A stretch of DNA of 64,000 nt from Synechococcales cyanobacterium (GTDB lineage Bacteria; Cyanobacteriota; Cyanobacteriia; CAKZMO01), in contig JAYKGU010000213.1 of assembly GCA_035285585.1 (NCBI GenBank), positions 21,377 to 85,376 on the forward strand, given 5' to 3'. This document shows, piece after piece, positions 1 to 12,327 of the stretch. Made by a program: the position numbers and the translations under genes. Numbering within the stretch: position 1 is the first letter of the stretch; each line of letters opens with the position of its first letter. The notes under the pieces are model-generated. The model was not told the origin of the DNA, ran no database searches, and saw only the letters and a program-made list of their open reading frames with translations.

Positions 1-1553
1 GCCGGTTTTTCGACCCTGATTTATTTCCCAATGACTTGATTGCGGACTATTTCCAGTCCGTTGCACCTCACGGATACACCACGCTCTACCGGCTAGCTGC
101 CGCTGTGGGCGTCGACCCGGTGACGTTCAATAAAATATTGCCCCTGCCGCTGATGCTGCTAACAATGGGGTATGGATTTTTTCTGTGCCTGGAATTTCTG
201 GCGGTGCCCCTGGCCGGTTTTCTCACGGCGGTGTTCCTCAACCAGACCCTCTGGGCAGTGAACGATGTGGCTTCAGCTACCCCAAGGGCCTTCCTCTATC
301 CGCTGCTGCTGGCGTTTTTGTACTACGTGGCGCGGCGATCGCTCTTCCCCTGCCTCGTCACCATCCTGCTCCAGGGGCTGTTCTATCCCCAATGTCTATT
401 TCTATCATCGGGGGTGCTGGTGCTGCGGCTGATCGAGGTCAAAAAAGGCCGGGTGGCCCTGTCCCGCAATCGGCAGGACTATTGGTTTTGCCTTGCCGGA
501 CTGGGGGCGGCGGCCCTGATGCTGGCCCCCTACGCCCTGAAAATTTCCGATTATGGGCCGGTGGCGACTGCGGCAGAAGCCCGCACCATGCCCACCTTTC
601 AGCACACGGGACGTAAGGACTTTTTCCACATCAACCCCTGGAATTTCTGGTTTTGCAACGATCGCTCCGCCGTCCTGCCCCTGGAGTGGTGCCGCAACCC
701 ATTCCCAATCCACGGCTGGTTTGCCGTGGGTCTGGTACCCATCCTGATCTGGGGCCGGAGCCGATTGCCCCTGGTGCAGCGGCTTTCCCCCAATCTGGTG
801 CTATTGCCCCAACTGCTGCTGGCCTCTTTGGGGATGTTTTTCATTGCCCACGCCCTGCTGTTTCGCCTGCATTTGCCCAACCGCTACAGCAAGCACAGTT
901 TACGAATATTGATTGCCCTGGCGGGGGCGATCGCCCTGACCCTGGTGGTGGAAGCCCTCTGGTGCTGGGCCAAAGAGCGGGGACGCTGGCGCGTGGTCAC
1001 CCAGGGGAGCATCGTCCTGGGCCTGACGGGCATCGCCCTGTCCTACCCCTGGTTGCTGGAGCAGTTTCCGGCACCGGACTACGTGGTGGCCGAACCGGCG
1101 GCGGTGTTTGAATTCTTCGCCGCCCAGCCCAAAGACATTCTGGTGGGGTCGCTGGCGGACCAGGCCAACAACGTTCCCAGCCTGTCCCAGCGGTCGATCC
1201 TGACCGCATCCGAAATCGCCAACCCCTACCACCTGGGCTATTTCCGCCAGATTGACGAGCGCACCAATGATTTAATGGCAGCCCAATATAGCTTTGACGG
1301 ACGGGCTACCCGCGAGGTGATTGAGAAGTATGGCCTGGACTTTCTGTGGATTGAGCAGGGGGCGTTTAATCCTGACTACATCGAAAGCGATCGCTGGCTG
1401 CGGCAAATCCAGCCCCTCGCCGGAGAAACCATGACCCGTCTGGCGGCGGGCGATCGCCCCGCCCTTGCTCCCCTGCTGGATACCTGCACCGTCCTCAAAG
1501 CCGATCGCCACATCATCCTGGGAGCGCCCTGCCTCCTCCAATCCCTCCCCTAA
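1..1553 (+). CDS. Polytopic membrane protein, 5'-truncated by the window edge; paralog of the next gene (possible GT-C-fold glycosyltransferase, function unknown)
   Basis: The reading frame is open back to base 3 (RFFDPDLFPNDLIADYFQSVAP...). It aligns with residues ~65 onward of the 1575..3332 product. It has many hydrophobic segments followed by a ~200-aa soluble C-terminal domain (ANNVPSLSQRSILTASEIANPYH...). Confidence 0.7.
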   Translation, partial: RFFDPDLFPNDLIADYFQSVAPHGYTTLYRLAAAVGVDPVTFNKILPLPLMLLTMGYGFFLCLEFLAVPLAGFLTAVFLNQTLWAVNDVASATPRAFLYPLLLAFLYYVARRSLFPCLVTILLQGLFYPQCLFLSSGVLVLRLIEVKKGRVALSRNRQDYWFCLAGLGAAALMLAPYALKISDYGPVATAAEARTMPTFQHTGRKDFFHINPWNFWFCNDRSAVLPLEWCRNPFPIHGWFAVGLVPILIWGRSRLPLVQRLSPNLVLLPQLLLASLGMFFIAHALLFRLHLPNRYSKHSLRILIALAGAIALTLVVEALWCWAKERGRWRVVTQGSIVLGLTGIALSYPWLLEQFPAPDYVVAEPAAVFEFFAAQPKDILVGSLADQANNVPSLSQRSILTASEIANPYHLGYFRQIDERTNDLMAAQYSFDGRATREVIEKYGLDFLWIEQGAFNPDYIESDRWLRQIQPLAGETMTRLAAGDRPALAPLLDTCTVLKADRHIILGAPCLLQSLP

Positions 1554-1574
1554 CCCCCTTTCCTCTCTTCCCCT

Positions 1575-3332
1575 ATGCTGCCGACTCGTCTGCAATCTAT
1601 CCTCACTACCCCCGTAGGTAAGCTGCGCGATCGCCGCCTGCTGTTCTGGTTTGGTCTCAGCATCGCTGTGGCCCTGGTTTACACCTCAATGGGGCTACGG
1701 GAGGCGTTTAGCAGCCCCTACGTGATTCACGACGATGTGCGATCGCACGTCTTCTGGATGCGGCGCTTCCTCGATCCGGGGCTGTTTCCCAATGACTTGA
1801 TTGCCGACTATTTCCAGTCCGTGGCCCCAGCGGGATATACCGCCCTTTACCGGGGCATGGCGGCGCTGGGGATTGACCCGGTGACGTTCAACAAGTTCCT
1901 GCCCCTGCCCCTGGTGCTGATCACCACGGTTTACTGCTTTGGGCTGTCAATGGAAATTTTCCCCGTCCCAGCGGCGGGGTTCATCGCCACCCTGCTGCTG
2001 AATCAGACCACCTGGAATACCCACGACATCCCCTCGGGCACCCCCCGTGCCTTTATCTATCCGCTGTTTCTGGCGTTTTTGTACTACCTGGTGCGGCGAT
2101 CGCTCCTCCCCTGCCTGGTGACCATTGTGCTCCAGGGGCTGTTCTACCCTCAGACGGTATTTCTCTCCTGTGGCATGGTGGTGCTGCGGCTGGTGCGGTT
2201 TGAGCGGGGGCGGCTGCGGTGGTCGGGCGATCGCGCCGATTACATCTTCTGTGGGGCAACGCTGGCGGTGGCCCTGGCCATGATGCTGCCCTACGCCCTG
2301 AAAATCTCCGAGTATGGGCCGGTGCTAACCGTGGAGGAGGCCCGCGTCCTCCCCACCCTGGAGGGGGATGGGAGGAAGAATTTTTTCTTCGACGATCCAT
2401 TTAAATTCTGGTTTTGCGGCGAGCGATCGGGGATGCTGCCCTACGACTGGTGTAAGTATGAGCGTCCGCCCCAGCTCTGGGCCAGTTTGCTGCTGCCGCT
2501 GCTGCTGTGGCGGCCCAAGCGCTTCCCCCGGCTCGGCAGCCTCACGCCCCATGTCGCCGTGCTGCCCCAAATCCTGGTGGCGTCACTGGGGATGTTTTTT
2601 CTGGCCCACGCCCTGCTGTTTCGCCTGCACCTGCCCAGCCGCTACACCAAGCACAGTATTCGCATGCTGGTGGCCCTGGCCGCTGGGATTGTCCTGGTGG
2701 CCCTGCTGGATGCGGCCCTGCGCTGGGCGGCGGCGCGATCGCCTGATACTTTTGGGGGGCGCACCCTACCGGCCCTGGGGGCAGTGGGCTTACTGGGAAT
2801 TTACATCTTTGGCTACCCGCTGCTGATGGATCGCTATCCCAACCCCGACTATGTCCACGCCGAAGCGCCGCCCATGTACGAGTTTTTTGCCCAGCAGCCC
2901 CCCGATATTCTGATCGCCTCCCTGTCGGAGCAGGCCAACAATATTCCCAGTCTGTCGCGGCGATCGGTGCTCACCAGCTCCGAAATTGCCAATCCCTATC
3001 ACATGGGCTACTACCGCCAGATTCAGGCCCGCACCTACGACCTGATGCGGGCGCAATACAGCCCAGACCTGGCGGAGGTGCAGGCATTTATTACCCAGTA
3101 CGGCATAGATTTCTGGCTGGTAGACAATGTCGCCTTTAGCCCCGATTATATTGAGCGCAACTCCTGGCTCCGGCAGATTGAACCCTATGCCTCTGAGGCC
3201 AAGCAAACCCTGCTCTCCGGGCAGAAGCCAGCCCTGGCGCAGCTAATGCGCTCCTGTCGGGCCTTCCGTACGGGGGGGCGAACGATTCTAGACGCCGCCT
3301 GTATTCTGGATGCGGAGGGTGCCCCAGGCTGA
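1575..3332 (+). CDS. Polytopic membrane protein, full-length paralog of 1..1553 (possible GT-C-fold glycosyltransferase, function unknown)
   Basis: 585-aa ORF, roughly 60 percent identical by eye to the upstream gene over its whole shared length. An HDD motif follows the first TM segment (SPYVIHDDVRSHVFW), as in the first-loop acidic motifs of GT-C enzymes. The C-terminal soluble domain is shared with the paralog. Confidence 0.7.
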   Translation: MLPTRLQSILTTPVGKLRDRRLLFWFGLSIAVALVYTSMGLREAFSSPYVIHDDVRSHVFWMRRFLDPGLFPNDLIADYFQSVAPAGYTALYRGMAALGIDPVTFNKFLPLPLVLITTVYCFGLSMEIFPVPAAGFIATLLLNQTTWNTHDIPSGTPRAFIYPLFLAFLYYLVRRSLLPCLVTIVLQGLFYPQTVFLSCGMVVLRLVRFERGRLRWSGDRADYIFCGATLAVALAMMLPYALKISEYGPVLTVEEARVLPTLEGDGRKNFFFDDPFKFWFCGERSGMLPYDWCKYERPPQLWASLLLPLLLWRPKRFPRLGSLTPHVAVLPQILVASLGMFFLAHALLFRLHLPSRYTKHSIRMLVALAAGIVLVALLDAALRWAAARSPDTFGGRTLPALGAVGLLGIYIFGYPLLMDRYPNPDYVHAEAPPMYEFFAQQPPDILIASLSEQANNIPSLSRRSVLTSSEIANPYHMGYYRQIQARTYDLMRAQYSPDLAEVQAFITQYGIDFWLVDNVAFSPDYIERNSWLRQIEPYASEAKQTLLSGQKPALAQLMRSCRAFRTGGRTILDAACILDAEGAPG

Positions 3333-3789
3333 TGGTTCCGGATGCGGTAGATGCCTCCTGAGAATCGCCCAAGCGTTTGCCCACATGCAGCGTCTCCTGG
3401 GTCAGTCCCTTCTTTTCCTGGCGTTTCCTGACGGGGGTTTGACCCTGGCCGCTCCCGTTTTAGAAACGGGGGAGTGTGTCAAAGTAATGTAAATAGGCAG
3501 ATATTTCGCTAAGCTGACCCAACGCTTGAGTTTGTTCGGTCTATCGTTACCCTGCAAATTCCCTAGCTTGGCAATGGATACCGTGAGGATGGGAACGATT
3601 GAGACAACCGCAGGCTCAACAAAACGCTTCATCATTCATGGGAAAATCGGGTGTTCAACCCGTTGGTCAGAGTGGGTATCTCAGTTCTAATGTGCCCCGT
3701 GTCCCTGATGGGGCTGTCATAATGAAGAATTGCCCTCTCAATGCAGGGTCACCCGTCAGAGTGACCATAAGGTCTGACCCCCAGTCTGG

Positions 3790-6700
3790 ATGACGTCCTC
3801 GCAAGGAGAGCCTGCCGTTTCTCGATCGTTATCGCCCTCAGGTACTATGCAAAAATTTTCTAGCCTCATCGATTTAATTCGATATCGAGCACAGCACCAG
3901 CCCGAACAGATTGTCTTTACATTCTTACGCGACGGGGAAGTCGAACTAGGGCGCTTAACGTATCGAGAGTTAGACCGACAGGCACGGGCGATCGCCGCCA
4001 CCCTCCAATCTCTCAAAACCCTGGGAGAGCGGGCACTGCTGCTCTATTCCCCCAGCCTGGAATTTATTACGGCTTTTTTTGGCTGTCTCTATGCTCGGGT
4101 GCTGGCGGTGCCCGCCTATCCTCCACGCCCCAATCAAACCATGACCCGGCTGCGGTCGATCATGACCGACGCCCAGGCGACGGTGGCCCTGTCCACCTCC
4201 AATCTGGTGTCTAACTTTAGCAAGCTGCTGGACCACAACCCAGACTTTGCCGCCCTGCGGTGGGTGGTGACCGACGATTTACCAGGCGCACCCGAACTGG
4301 CATGGCAGGCTCCCGACGCCAGCCTGGACACCCTGGCCTTTTTACAGTACACCTCTGGCTCTACAGGCATTCCCAAGGGCGTGATGGTGAGCCACGGAAA
4401 TTTGCTCCACAACGCTCAAATTATCCAGGAGAGCTTTGAGGAACCCGCCGACAGCATTGGTATGTCCTGGCTACCGCCTTACCATGATATGGGCCTGATT
4501 GGCGGCATTCTCCAGCCCATCTACATGGGCACCCGCATGGTGCTAATGTCGCCCGTGAGCTTTTTGCAGCGTCCATTTCGCTGGCTCCAGGCGATTTCCC
4601 ACTACCGGGCCACCACCAGCGGCGGCCCAAATTTTGCCTACGACTTCTGCATCCGCCAAACCACCCCAGAGCAGCGGGCCGATCTGGATCTGAGTAGCTG
4701 GACGCTGGCCTTCTCGGGGGCCGAACCCGTGCGGGCCGATACCCTGCAGCGGTTTACAGAAATGTTTGCCCCCTGCGGCTTTCGTCCCGAAGCCTTCTAT
4801 CCCTGCTATGGTATGGCGGAGGCCACTTTATTTGTGACCGGGGGCGATCGCACCATTCCCCCTACTCACCTCACCCTCAATGCGACCGCTCTAGAGCAAA
4901 ACCAGATTGCGATCGCCCATCCCGCCGATGACACTGCCCGTACCCTGGTAAGCTGCGGCGTGTCCCATCCCAGCCAGCAGGTCGCCATTGTCAACCCAGA
5001 AACCCTCTGTCGCTGTGAAGAAAACGAGGTGGGGGAAATCTGGGTAAACGGGGAGAGCGTTACCCAGGGCTACTGGCACCGGCCCCAACTCACCCAGGAC
5101 GCCTTTCGCGCCTGCCTAGCGGACGGGGGAGATGGAGAATTTTTGCGATCCGGTGACCTGGGGTTCCTGCGGGACGGTGAGCTGTTCGTGACGGGCCGCC
5201 TTAAGGATTTGATTATCATTCGCGGGCTGAACCACTATCCCCAGGACATTGAGCTAACGGTGGAGCAGTGCCATCCCGCCCTGCGGCTGGGCAACGGGGC
5301 GGCGGTATCCGTGGAGGTGGGCGGTGAGGAACGGCTGGTAATTGTCCAGGAGGTGAAGCGGAGCGCCCTGCGCCGTCTCCAGGTGGCCGACGTGGTCAGC
5401 GCCATCCGGCAGGCGGTGGGGGAAAATCACACCCTCCAGCCCTACGCCGTGCTGCTGTTAAAAACGGGCAGCATCCCCAAAACGTCGAGCGGCAAAATTC
5501 AGCGCCATGCCTGTCGGGCCGGATTTTTGGCGGGCACCCTGGAGGTGGTGGGGCAGTGGGTCGAATCCTCCCCCACGGCAACGAGTTTGCCCCAGCCCGC
5601 TGCCCAACCCGCACCCCTACCGACTCCCCCCACCCAGTCCAATGAGGTGCGGGCCATTCAGCGTTGGCTGGCAACCACTCTGGCGGAGCGGCTGGGCCTC
5701 GACCCGGAAGCCATTTCCATTGATGAACCCTTTGCCCGCTACGGCCTGGACTCGGTGGCGGCGGTGCAGCTCTCTGGGCAGTTGGAAGACTGGCTGGGGC
5801 GATCGCTCCCTCCTACCCTGGCCTACGACTATCCCACCATCGCTTCCCTGGCGGCCTTCCTCGGCGGCGATGGAGAAGCGGCGGCGGCAACGCTGCACGC
5901 GCCAGATGCCGAGGCCTTGACGACGGACGAAATTGCCATCGTTGGCCTGGGCTGCCGCTTCCCTGGAGCCGACAATCCAGCAGAGTTCTGGCAGCTCCTG
6001 CGGGAGGGGCGTGACGCCATTTCTCAGGTGGGCGATCGCTGGCAGGGCGATCGCTCCACGCAGATAGGCGGATTTTTGCGCCAGGTTGACCAGTTCGACC
6101 CGCAGTTTTTTGGCATCTCCCCCCGCGAGGCCAGCCGCATGGACCCCCAGCAGCGCCTCCTGCTGGAGGTGAGCTGGGAAGCTCTGGAGTATGCGGGCAT
6201 TGCCCCAGATTCCCTGGCAGGGTCGGCAACGGGGGTGTTTTTGGGGGTGAGCAGCAGCGACTATGCCCAGCTCCAGGTCCGGGGAGGGGGCGACGGGCAG
6301 GCCGACCCCTACTCCGGCACGGGGAATGCCCACAGTATTGTGGCCAATCGGCTCTCCTATTTTCTGGATTTGCGGGGGCCATCCCTGGCGGTTGACACCG
6401 CCTGCTCCTCCTCTCTGGTGGCAATCCATCTGGCCTGCCAGCATCTTCAAAACGGGGAATGTGACCAGGCGATCGCCGGTGGGGTCAACCTCATCCTCGC
6501 CCCCGACCTCACCCGCACCTTTGCCCAGGCGGGGATGCTCTCCCCCGATGCTCGCTGCAAAACCTTCGACGCCAGCGCCAACGGCTATGTACGCGGCGAA
6601 GGCTGCGGCGTAGTGATCCTCAAGCGGCTCTCGGCGGCCCAGCGCGATGGGGATGCGGTGCTGGCGGTGATCAAGGGTTCGGCGGTAAACCAGGATGGGC

Positions 6701-9700
6701 GCAGCAATGGCCTTACTGCCCCCAACGGCCCGGCACAGCAGGCGGTGATTCGTCAGGCACTGCGGCGGGCGGGGATTACCCCCGACCAGGTGAGCTATGT
6801 GGATGCCCACGGCACGGGCACCGAGTTGGGCGACCCGATTGAGCTGAATGCCCTGAAGACGGTGCTGGTGCAGGGGCGGCAGGCTGATGCCCCCTGCTGG
6901 ATTGGCTCGGTGAAGACCAATATCGGGCATCTGGAGGCCGCCGCTGGTATTGCTGGGCTAATCAAGGTGGTGCTGGCCCTCCAGCATGGGGAAATCCCGC
7001 CCCACTTACATTTCCAGACGCCTAACCCCCATGCGTCTCTCGATCAGACGTCCCTCGCCATCCCCACCCAGCGGCAGCCCTGGACGGTGACCTCCGAGAG
7101 TCGGATTGCTGGCGTCAGTTCCTTTGGCTTTGGTGGTACCAATGCCCATATGGTGGTGGCCGCTGCGCCGCCGGTGGCCGAGTCGCTGCCGTCCAGCGGT
7201 GCGCTTCCCTCCACGACAGCCATCCCCGCAGCTTTGACGCCCCACCCCACCGCCCATTTGTTTACCCTTTCCGCGAAAAGCGCCCCAGCCCTGCGGGATC
7301 TGGCCCGCCGCTATGAAACCTTCCTTAATCGCCATCCTGAAGCCTCCCTGACGGACGTATGTGGCACCGCCAATACGGGGCGCGCTCACCTCAGCCATCG
7401 GCTAGCGGTGGTGGCCGAGTCGCGCGATCGCCTGCAGGAGCGGCTGCTGGACTTTATCAGCCAGGACGATGGGGAACTCCAGTCGGGATCAGCGAAGGCG
7501 ATCGCCCACGGTACGGTGCAGGCTGGCTCCCCACCCAGGCTGGCGTTTTTGTTCACGGGGCAGGGGTCTCAGTATGTCAACATGGGGCACGAGCTGTATG
7601 AGACGCAGCCCGTTTTTCGACAGGCCCTGGATCAGTGCGACCGGCTGCTGCGATCGCATCTGGCAGTTCCCCTGCTGGAGGTGCTCTATCCCACCGATGG
7701 GCGACCAACGGGACTGCTGGATCAGACCGCCTACACCCAACCCGCCCTATTTGCCCTGGAGTATGCCCTGGCGCAGCTCTGGCAATCCTGGGGGATTTTC
7801 CCCGACTACGTCATGGGCCACAGCGTCGGGGAGTATGTGGCGGCCTGTGTGGCGGGGGTCTTTAGCCTGGAAGATGGCCTGCGGCTGATTGCCGAGCGAT
7901 CGCGCCTGATGCAGGCCTTGCCCAGCACTGGCACGATGGTGGTGGCCTTTGCCACCGCTGACCAGGTGGCCGAAATTTTGGAGGCCAAGGGGCAGCAGGC
8001 GGACATTGCGGCGATCAACGGTGCAGAAAATACGGTGATTTCTGGCGAGGGAGGGGCGATCGCCCGCCTGGTAGCGCAACTGACGGAAATGGGCATCCAA
8101 ACCAAGCCGCTGCAAGTCTCCCACGCCTTCCACTCGCCCCTGATGGAGCCGATGCTGGCCGAGTTTGAGGCGATCGCCCGCACCGTTGCCTACCGAACGC
8201 CCGTGCTGCCCGTGGTGTCTAACGTGACGGGCACCCTCATTGGCGAAGAAATTGCCCAGGCCGACTACTGGTGTCGCCACATCCGCCAGCCCGTCCAGTT
8301 TGCCGCTGGGCTGAACGCCCTGGACGAGGCAGGTTGCCAGGTTTTTCTGGAGGTGGGGCCGCAGCCGGTGCTCTTAGGCATGGGGCGGCGGTGTCTGGGC
8401 GATCGCTCCAACAAGCGCGCCTGGCTTCCCAGCCTGCGGGAGGGGCGCTCCGACTGGGCGCAACTGCTCCAGAGCGTGGGCAAACTTTATGTTCAGGGGC
8501 TACCGATTCGCTGGACGGCCCTGGATACGCGCCCCGTTCGCCGCCGTCTGACGGATCTGCCCACCTACCCGTGGCAGCGGCAGCGCTACTGGTTTGCTGA
8601 TACCTGGGAGGGACAGCCTGCCCCAACGACCGTCCAAACCGACATCCAATCCCTGCTCTACGAACTCCAGTGGCGGCCCCAATCCCGTCCGGAGCCGCAG
8701 CTCCTGACCAAAACCGGAGCCTGGCTCATCTGGGCCGACCAGCCGGAGGCGATCGCGTCCCTGGCGGCTGATTTGCGCCAGCGGGGGCAAAGGGTTTTGC
8801 AGGTGTCATCTGGGGCGAGCTATTGCCAGGATTCCCCCACCTCCTGGCGCATTGACCCGTCGAATATGCACCAGTGGGGACAGGTTTTTCGGGCAGTTCA
8901 GTCGCTGTTGGACACCCCTGACTCGCCACAATTAGGGCTGGTGTATCTGGAAAACGGGGGCGCTACCCAGGAGGCTGAGCCAGATCGGGTCGCGCTCCAG
9001 TCGGGGCAGCGGGTATTGGCCTTGCTGCACGCCCTGCTGGAAACGCCCTTTTCCCAGCCCGCTAAGCTGTGGCTGGTGACGCGGCGGGCGATCGCCCTCC
9101 ACCCAGATACCTCGGTGAACTGGACAGGGGCGGCCCTCTGGGGGCTGGGCAGGGTCATTGCCCTGGAGCATCCTGACCTGTGGGGCGGCCTGATTGATTG
9201 GGCTGACGACGCTGCGATGGGGGCGATCGCCCCCGATCTGCTGGCCCCGGATGGGGAAACCCAACTGGCTTTTGCGGGTCAGCAGCGCTACGTAGCCCGC
9301 CTGACCCGCAGCCTGTGGCAGCCTGTGATGCCCGCCGCTCCAGTCTTACCCCAGGATAACCAGGCCACTTATCTGATCACTGGAGGTCTGGGGGCGCTGG
9401 GGCTGACCGTGGCCCAGGCATTGGTTGACCAGGGGGCGGCCCATGTAACCCTGATTGGTCGCCGTAAACCTTCGGCCCAGGCCCAGGCAAAGCTGCGGCA
9501 GCTTGAGCAGGCGGGGGGCGCATTCCTGGTGCTGCAGGCCGATGTCGCCCAGCAGGATGAGCTGGCCCAGGTCTTGGCGACCCTGCGGGCGTCGGGGCTG
9601 CGGCTGCGGGGTGTTGTCCATGCGGCGGGCGTTTTAGAGGATGGGGTGCTGGCCCACCAGACGGCGGCACAGTTCGAGCGGGTCTTTATCCCGAAGGTCA

Positions 9701-12324
9701 GGGGCGCGCTTCACCTGCATCGCCTCACCCAGGATCAGCCCCTGGATTTCTTTATGCTGTTTTCCTCGGCGGCGGCGCTGCTGGGGTCGCCAGGGCAGGG
9801 CAACTATGCCGCTGCCAATGCGGTGTTAGATGCGATCGCCCACCACCGCCGCGCCCAGGGACTCCCTGCCACGACCCTCAACTGGGGGGCCTGGGCAACC
9901 GCTGGCATGGCGGATCAGGAGCATCGTCTGCGGCAGATGGCCCTGCGGGGCATGGACGCCCTTACCCCCGACCAGGGTGTGCAGGTGTTGACGGCCCTGC
10001 TGGGTTTGCCGGAGGGCGATCGCCCCATCCAGTTGGGAATCTGCGCGGCCCGCTGGGAGCGAGTGCTGGCGGCGCTGCCCGGCGACCGTCCGCCGACCTA
10101 TCTCCTGGATGTGGTCAGCGGGGGCATTCCGGGTTCCCCGGTAGGGGCCTTCCCGCCGTCTCCTTCGCCAGACAATAAGGATGTGCAGGCAGCGATCGCC
10201 CCCCTCATCCACCAGTCTCAGCCGGAGCGGGAAGCCTTTTTTGTGGCCTATTTGCGGCGGCAGGTGGCGGCGGTGCTCCAGCTTGCGGTTGACCAGGTGC
10301 CCACGGACGGCAATCTGATGGATCTGGGGCTGGATTCCCTGATGGTGATGGAGGCCATCAACCAGATTCGGCAAGACTTTCAGATTCTGCTCTACCCCCG
10401 CGAGTTCTACGAACGTCCCCGCATTGAGACGCTGGCGACCTATCTCGCTGCCGAAGTCGCCCGGATTCATGGGCCATCCTCCCAGCCCTTACCCGCAAGT
10501 AACCCTGCCCTGGATATCACGTCACGGCTGGTGCCGCCCTCGCCCAGGGTAGTGCCCACAGGGTCTGCAACGCTCCCCAAGGCCGCCTTTATCCTCTCCA
10601 GCCCCCGCTCCGGCTCGACTCTGTTGCGGGTAATGCTGGCGGGCCATCCCAACCTGTTTGCCGCACCAGAGCTGCATTTGCTGCCCTTTGCCACCATGGG
10701 CGATCGCCACCATCACCTGGGCCAATCCCACCTGGGGGAAGGCTTGCAGCGATCGCTGATGGCCCTCAAAGGTCTGGATGCCGCTGCCAGCGAGGCGGTG
10801 GTGCAGGACTGGGTGAATCGGAATCTGGCGATCGCCGATGTCTACGCGATGCTGCAAGACTTTGCGGGCGATCGCCTGGTGGTGGACAAATCCCCCACCT
10901 ACGCCATGAACCCGGATGTGCTGCACCACGCGGAGGCGATTTTCGCGGGGGCGAAGTATGTGCACCTGGTGCGCCACCCCTACGCCGTGATTGAGTCCTT
11001 CGTGCGCATGCGCATGGATAAGCTGCTGGGGGCGGCGGCGGCCAATCCCTATGCCCTGGCGGAAACCATCTGGGCGCAGAGTAACCAGAACATCCTGACC
11101 TTTGGTGAAGGGCTGGGGACGCGCTACCATCCTGTGCGCTATGAAGACCTGGTGCGGGAGCCGCAAAAGATTCTGGCCCAGATTTGCGACTTTCTGGAGA
11201 TTCCCTTCGACCCGTCGCTGCTAGATCCGTATCAGGGCGATCGCCTCACGGACGGCATCCACGCCAAATCCCTGGCGGTGGGTGACCCCAACTTCCAGCA
11301 GCACCACCAGATCGAGCCTGACCTGGCCGATGCCTGGCGCACCCTGGAACTGCCCCACCGCCTGTCTACCTCGACCCAGGAGCTGGCGGCCCAGATGGGT
11401 TACCTACTGCCCCACGAGGCGATCTCCCCTCCCCCCGCTGTTCCTGCCCCCGCGAAGGAAATTCAAATGACGGAAACCCCCATCGAGGTGCAGGGGCTGT
11501 CCCTGAATCTCTGCACCTGGGGCAAGGACACCGACCCGCTGATTCTTTGCCTGCACGGCATTTTGGAGCAGGGGGCGGTGTGGCATCCCGTGGGCCAAAC
11601 CCTAGCGGCTCAGGGCTATCGGGTGGTCGCTCCCGATCTGCGGGGCCATGGGCGCTCGGCCCACGGTCACACCTATCACCTGCTGGACTTTTTGGGGGAT
11701 GTGGACGCCCTGGTGCGCCACCTCACGGACGCCCCCTTCACCCTGGTGGGCCACTCCATGGGGTCGGTGATTGCCGCCCTGTATGCCAGTGCGCGATCGC
11801 CCCAGGTGCAGTCCCTCGTGCTGGTGGAGACGGTGCTGCCTGCTGCCGAACGGTTTAATCCGGCGGAACAGCTAGCAGTACATCTGGATTATCTGACCTC
11901 GCCCCCGGCCCATCCCGTATTTGCCGACGTAGCCACTGCCGCCCGGCGTCTCCAGCAGGCTACCCCGGCCCTGACCGCATCCCTGGCCCTGACTCTGGCA
12001 GAGCGTATCTGTCAACCCTGCGAGGGAGGAGTTTGCTGGCGCTGGGATGCGAAGCTGCGCAGCCGCTCGGGACTGGGCTTCCCCAGCTTTCCCTTGGGGC
12101 GGAATGCCTATCTGGGGATGCTGGAGCAGCTCGCCATGCCCGTAACCCTAGTGACGGGCGATCGCAGCGAATTCAACCGTCCAGAAGACCTGACGGCCCT
12201 CCTGGCGGCCCTCCCTGCGGCGGCGCATCGGGTTCTACCGGGCGGTCACCACCTGCCCATTGACGCCCCAGACGGTCTTGCGGATAGTATTCTCAGTGCC
12301 GTCCGCCGCCCTGAGGGCTTGTAA
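3790..12324 (+). CDS. ols: Olefin synthase type I PKS (Ols / CurM-like terminal module): FAAL-ACP-KS-AT-KR-ACP-sulfotransferase-thioesterase
   Basis: Single 2844-aa ORF. Motifs in order: adenylation/[16 protein letters not shown] (~4348) and SSGKIQR; ACP1 GLDSV (Ser codon 5752-5754). KS: DTACSSS (Cys 6403-6405), HGTGT and NIGHLE. AT: GQGSQY and GHSVGE (Ser 7822-7824). KR: TGGLGALG (9379-9402) and YAAANA. ACP2: GLDSL (Ser 10336-10338). Sulfotransferase: PRSGSTLLR (10603-10620). Alpha/beta thioesterase: GHSMGS (Ser 11755-11757) and GGHHLP. This domain order is that of the Synechococcus PCC 7002 olefin synthase. The second Met (3847, [16 protein letters not shown]) is an equally plausible start. 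Confidence 0.92.
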   Translation: MTSSQGEPAVSRSLSPSGTMQKFSSLIDLIRYRAQHQPEQIVFTFLRDGEVELGRLTYRELDRQARAIAATLQSLKTLGERALLLYSPSLEFITAFFGCLYARVLAVPAYPPRPNQTMTRLRSIMTDAQATVALSTSNLVSNFSKLLDHNPDFAALRWVVTDDLPGAPELAWQAPDASLDTLAFLQYTSGSTGIPKGVMVSHGNLLHNAQIIQESFEEPADSIGMSWLPPYHDMGLIGGILQPIYMGTRMVLMSPVSFLQRPFRWLQAISHYRATTSGGPNFAYDFCIRQTTPEQRADLDLSSWTLAFSGAEPVRADTLQRFTEMFAPCGFRPEAFYPCYGMAEATLFVTGGDRTIPPTHLTLNATALEQNQIAIAHPADDTARTLVSCGVSHPSQQVAIVNPETLCRCEENEVGEIWVNGESVTQGYWHRPQLTQDAFRACLADGGDGEFLRSGDLGFLRDGELFVTGRLKDLIIIRGLNHYPQDIELTVEQCHPALRLGNGAAVSVEVGGEERLVIVQEVKRSALRRLQVADVVSAIRQAVGENHTLQPYAVLLLKTGSIPKTSSGKIQRHACRAGFLAGTLEVVGQWVESSPTATSLPQPAAQPAPLPTPPTQSNEVRAIQRWLATTLAERLGLDPEAISIDEPFARYGLDSVAAVQLSGQLEDWLGRSLPPTLAYDYPTIASLAAFLGGDGEAAAATLHAPDAEALTTDEIAIVGLGCRFPGADNPAEFWQLLREGRDAISQVGDRWQGDRSTQIGGFLRQVDQFDPQFFGISPREASRMDPQQRLLLEVSWEALEYAGIAPDSLAGSATGVFLGVSSSDYAQLQVRGGGDGQADPYSGTGNAHSIVANRLSYFLDLRGPSLAVDTACSSSLVAIHLACQHLQNGECDQAIAGGVNLILAPDLTRTFAQAGMLSPDARCKTFDASANGYVRGEGCGVVILKRLSAAQRDGDAVLAVIKGSAVNQDGRSNGLTAPNGPAQQAVIRQALRRAGITPDQVSYVDAHGTGTELGDPIELNALKTVLVQGRQADAPCWIGSVKTNIGHLEAAAGIAGLIKVVLALQHGEIPPHLHFQTPNPHASLDQTSLAIPTQRQPWTVTSESRIAGVSSFGFGGTNAHMVVAAAPPVAESLPSSGALPSTTAIPAALTPHPTAHLFTLSAKSAPALRDLARRYETFLNRHPEASLTDVCGTANTGRAHLSHRLAVVAESRDRLQERLLDFISQDDGELQSGSAKAIAHGTVQAGSPPRLAFLFTGQGSQYVNMGHELYETQPVFRQALDQCDRLLRSHLAVPLLEVLYPTDGRPTGLLDQTAYTQPALFALEYALAQLWQSWGIFPDYVMGHSVGEYVAACVAGVFSLEDGLRLIAERSRLMQALPSTGTMVVAFATADQVAEILEAKGQQADIAAINGAENTVISGEGGAIARLVAQLTEMGIQTKPLQVSHAFHSPLMEPMLAEFEAIARTVAYRTPVLPVVSNVTGTLIGEEIAQADYWCRHIRQPVQFAAGLNALDEAGCQVFLEVGPQPVLLGMGRRCLGDRSNKRAWLPSLREGRSDWAQLLQSVGKLYVQGLPIRWTALDTRPVRRRLTDLPTYPWQRQRYWFADTWEGQPAPTTVQTDIQSLLYELQWRPQSRPEPQLLTKTGAWLIWADQPEAIASLAADLRQRGQRVLQVSSGASYCQDSPTSWRIDPSNMHQWGQVFRAVQSLLDTPDSPQLGLVYLENGGATQEAEPDRVALQSGQRVLALLHALLETPFSQPAKLWLVTRRAIALHPDTSVNWTGAALWGLGRVIALEHPDLWGGLIDWADDAAMGAIAPDLLAPDGETQLAFAGQQRYVARLTRSLWQPVMPAAPVLPQDNQATYLITGGLGALGLTVAQALVDQGAAHVTLIGRRKPSAQAQAKLRQLEQAGGAFLVLQADVAQQDELAQVLATLRASGLRLRGVVHAAGVLEDGVLAHQTAAQFERVFIPKVRGALHLHRLTQDQPLDFFMLFSSAAALLGSPGQGNYAAANAVLDAIAHHRRAQGLPATTLNWGAWATAGMADQEHRLRQMALRGMDALTPDQGVQVLTALLGLPEGDRPIQLGICAARWERVLAALPGDRPPTYLLDVVSGGIPGSPVGAFPPSPSPDNKDVQAAIAPLIHQSQPEREAFFVAYLRRQVAAVLQLAVDQVPTDGNLMDLGLDSLMVMEAINQIRQDFQILLYPREFYERPRIETLATYLAAEVARIHGPSSQPLPASNPALDITSRLVPPSPRVVPTGSATLPKAAFILSSPRSGSTLLRVMLAGHPNLFAAPELHLLPFATMGDRHHHLGQSHLGEGLQRSLMALKGLDAAASEAVVQDWVNRNLAIADVYAMLQDFAGDRLVVDKSPTYAMNPDVLHHAEAIFAGAKYVHLVRHPYAVIESFVRMRMDKLLGAAAANPYALAETIWAQSNQNILTFGEGLGTRYHPVRYEDLVREPQKILAQICDFLEIPFDPSLLDPYQGDRLTDGIHAKSLAVGDPNFQQHHQIEPDLADAWRTLELPHRLSTSTQELAAQMGYLLPHEAISPPPAVPAPAKEIQMTETPIEVQGLSLNLCTWGKDTDPLILCLHGILEQGAVWHPVGQTLAAQGYRVVAPDLRGHGRSAHGHTYHLLDFLGDVDALVRHLTDAPFTLVGHSMGSVIAALYASARSPQVQSLVLVETVLPAAERFNPAEQLAVHLDYLTSPPAHPVFADVATAARRLQQATPALTASLALTLAERICQPCEGGVCWRWDAKLRSRSGLGFPSFPLGRNAYLGMLEQLAMPVTLVTGDRSEFNRPEDLTALLAALPAAAHRVLPGGHHLPIDAPDGLADSILSAVRRPEGL

Positions 12325-12327
12325 GAA

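Noticed and set aside
3402-3635. 77-aa minus-strand ORF in the spacer upstream of ols
   Set aside because: It has no SD, atypical composition and no recognisable motif. It overlaps a stem-loop (ctcccgttttagaaacggggga, ~3451-3472). Protein coding cannot be excluded, but it is not supportable from sequence alone.
5617-6930. 437-aa minus-strand ORF, and many other 60-200-aa ORFs on both strands, inside the ols gene
   Set aside because: They are shadow ORFs of a GC-rich coding region. Their products are Arg/Pro/Gly-rich low-complexity translations with no motifs, wholly nested in a gene whose frame carries a complete set of PKS catalytic motifs.
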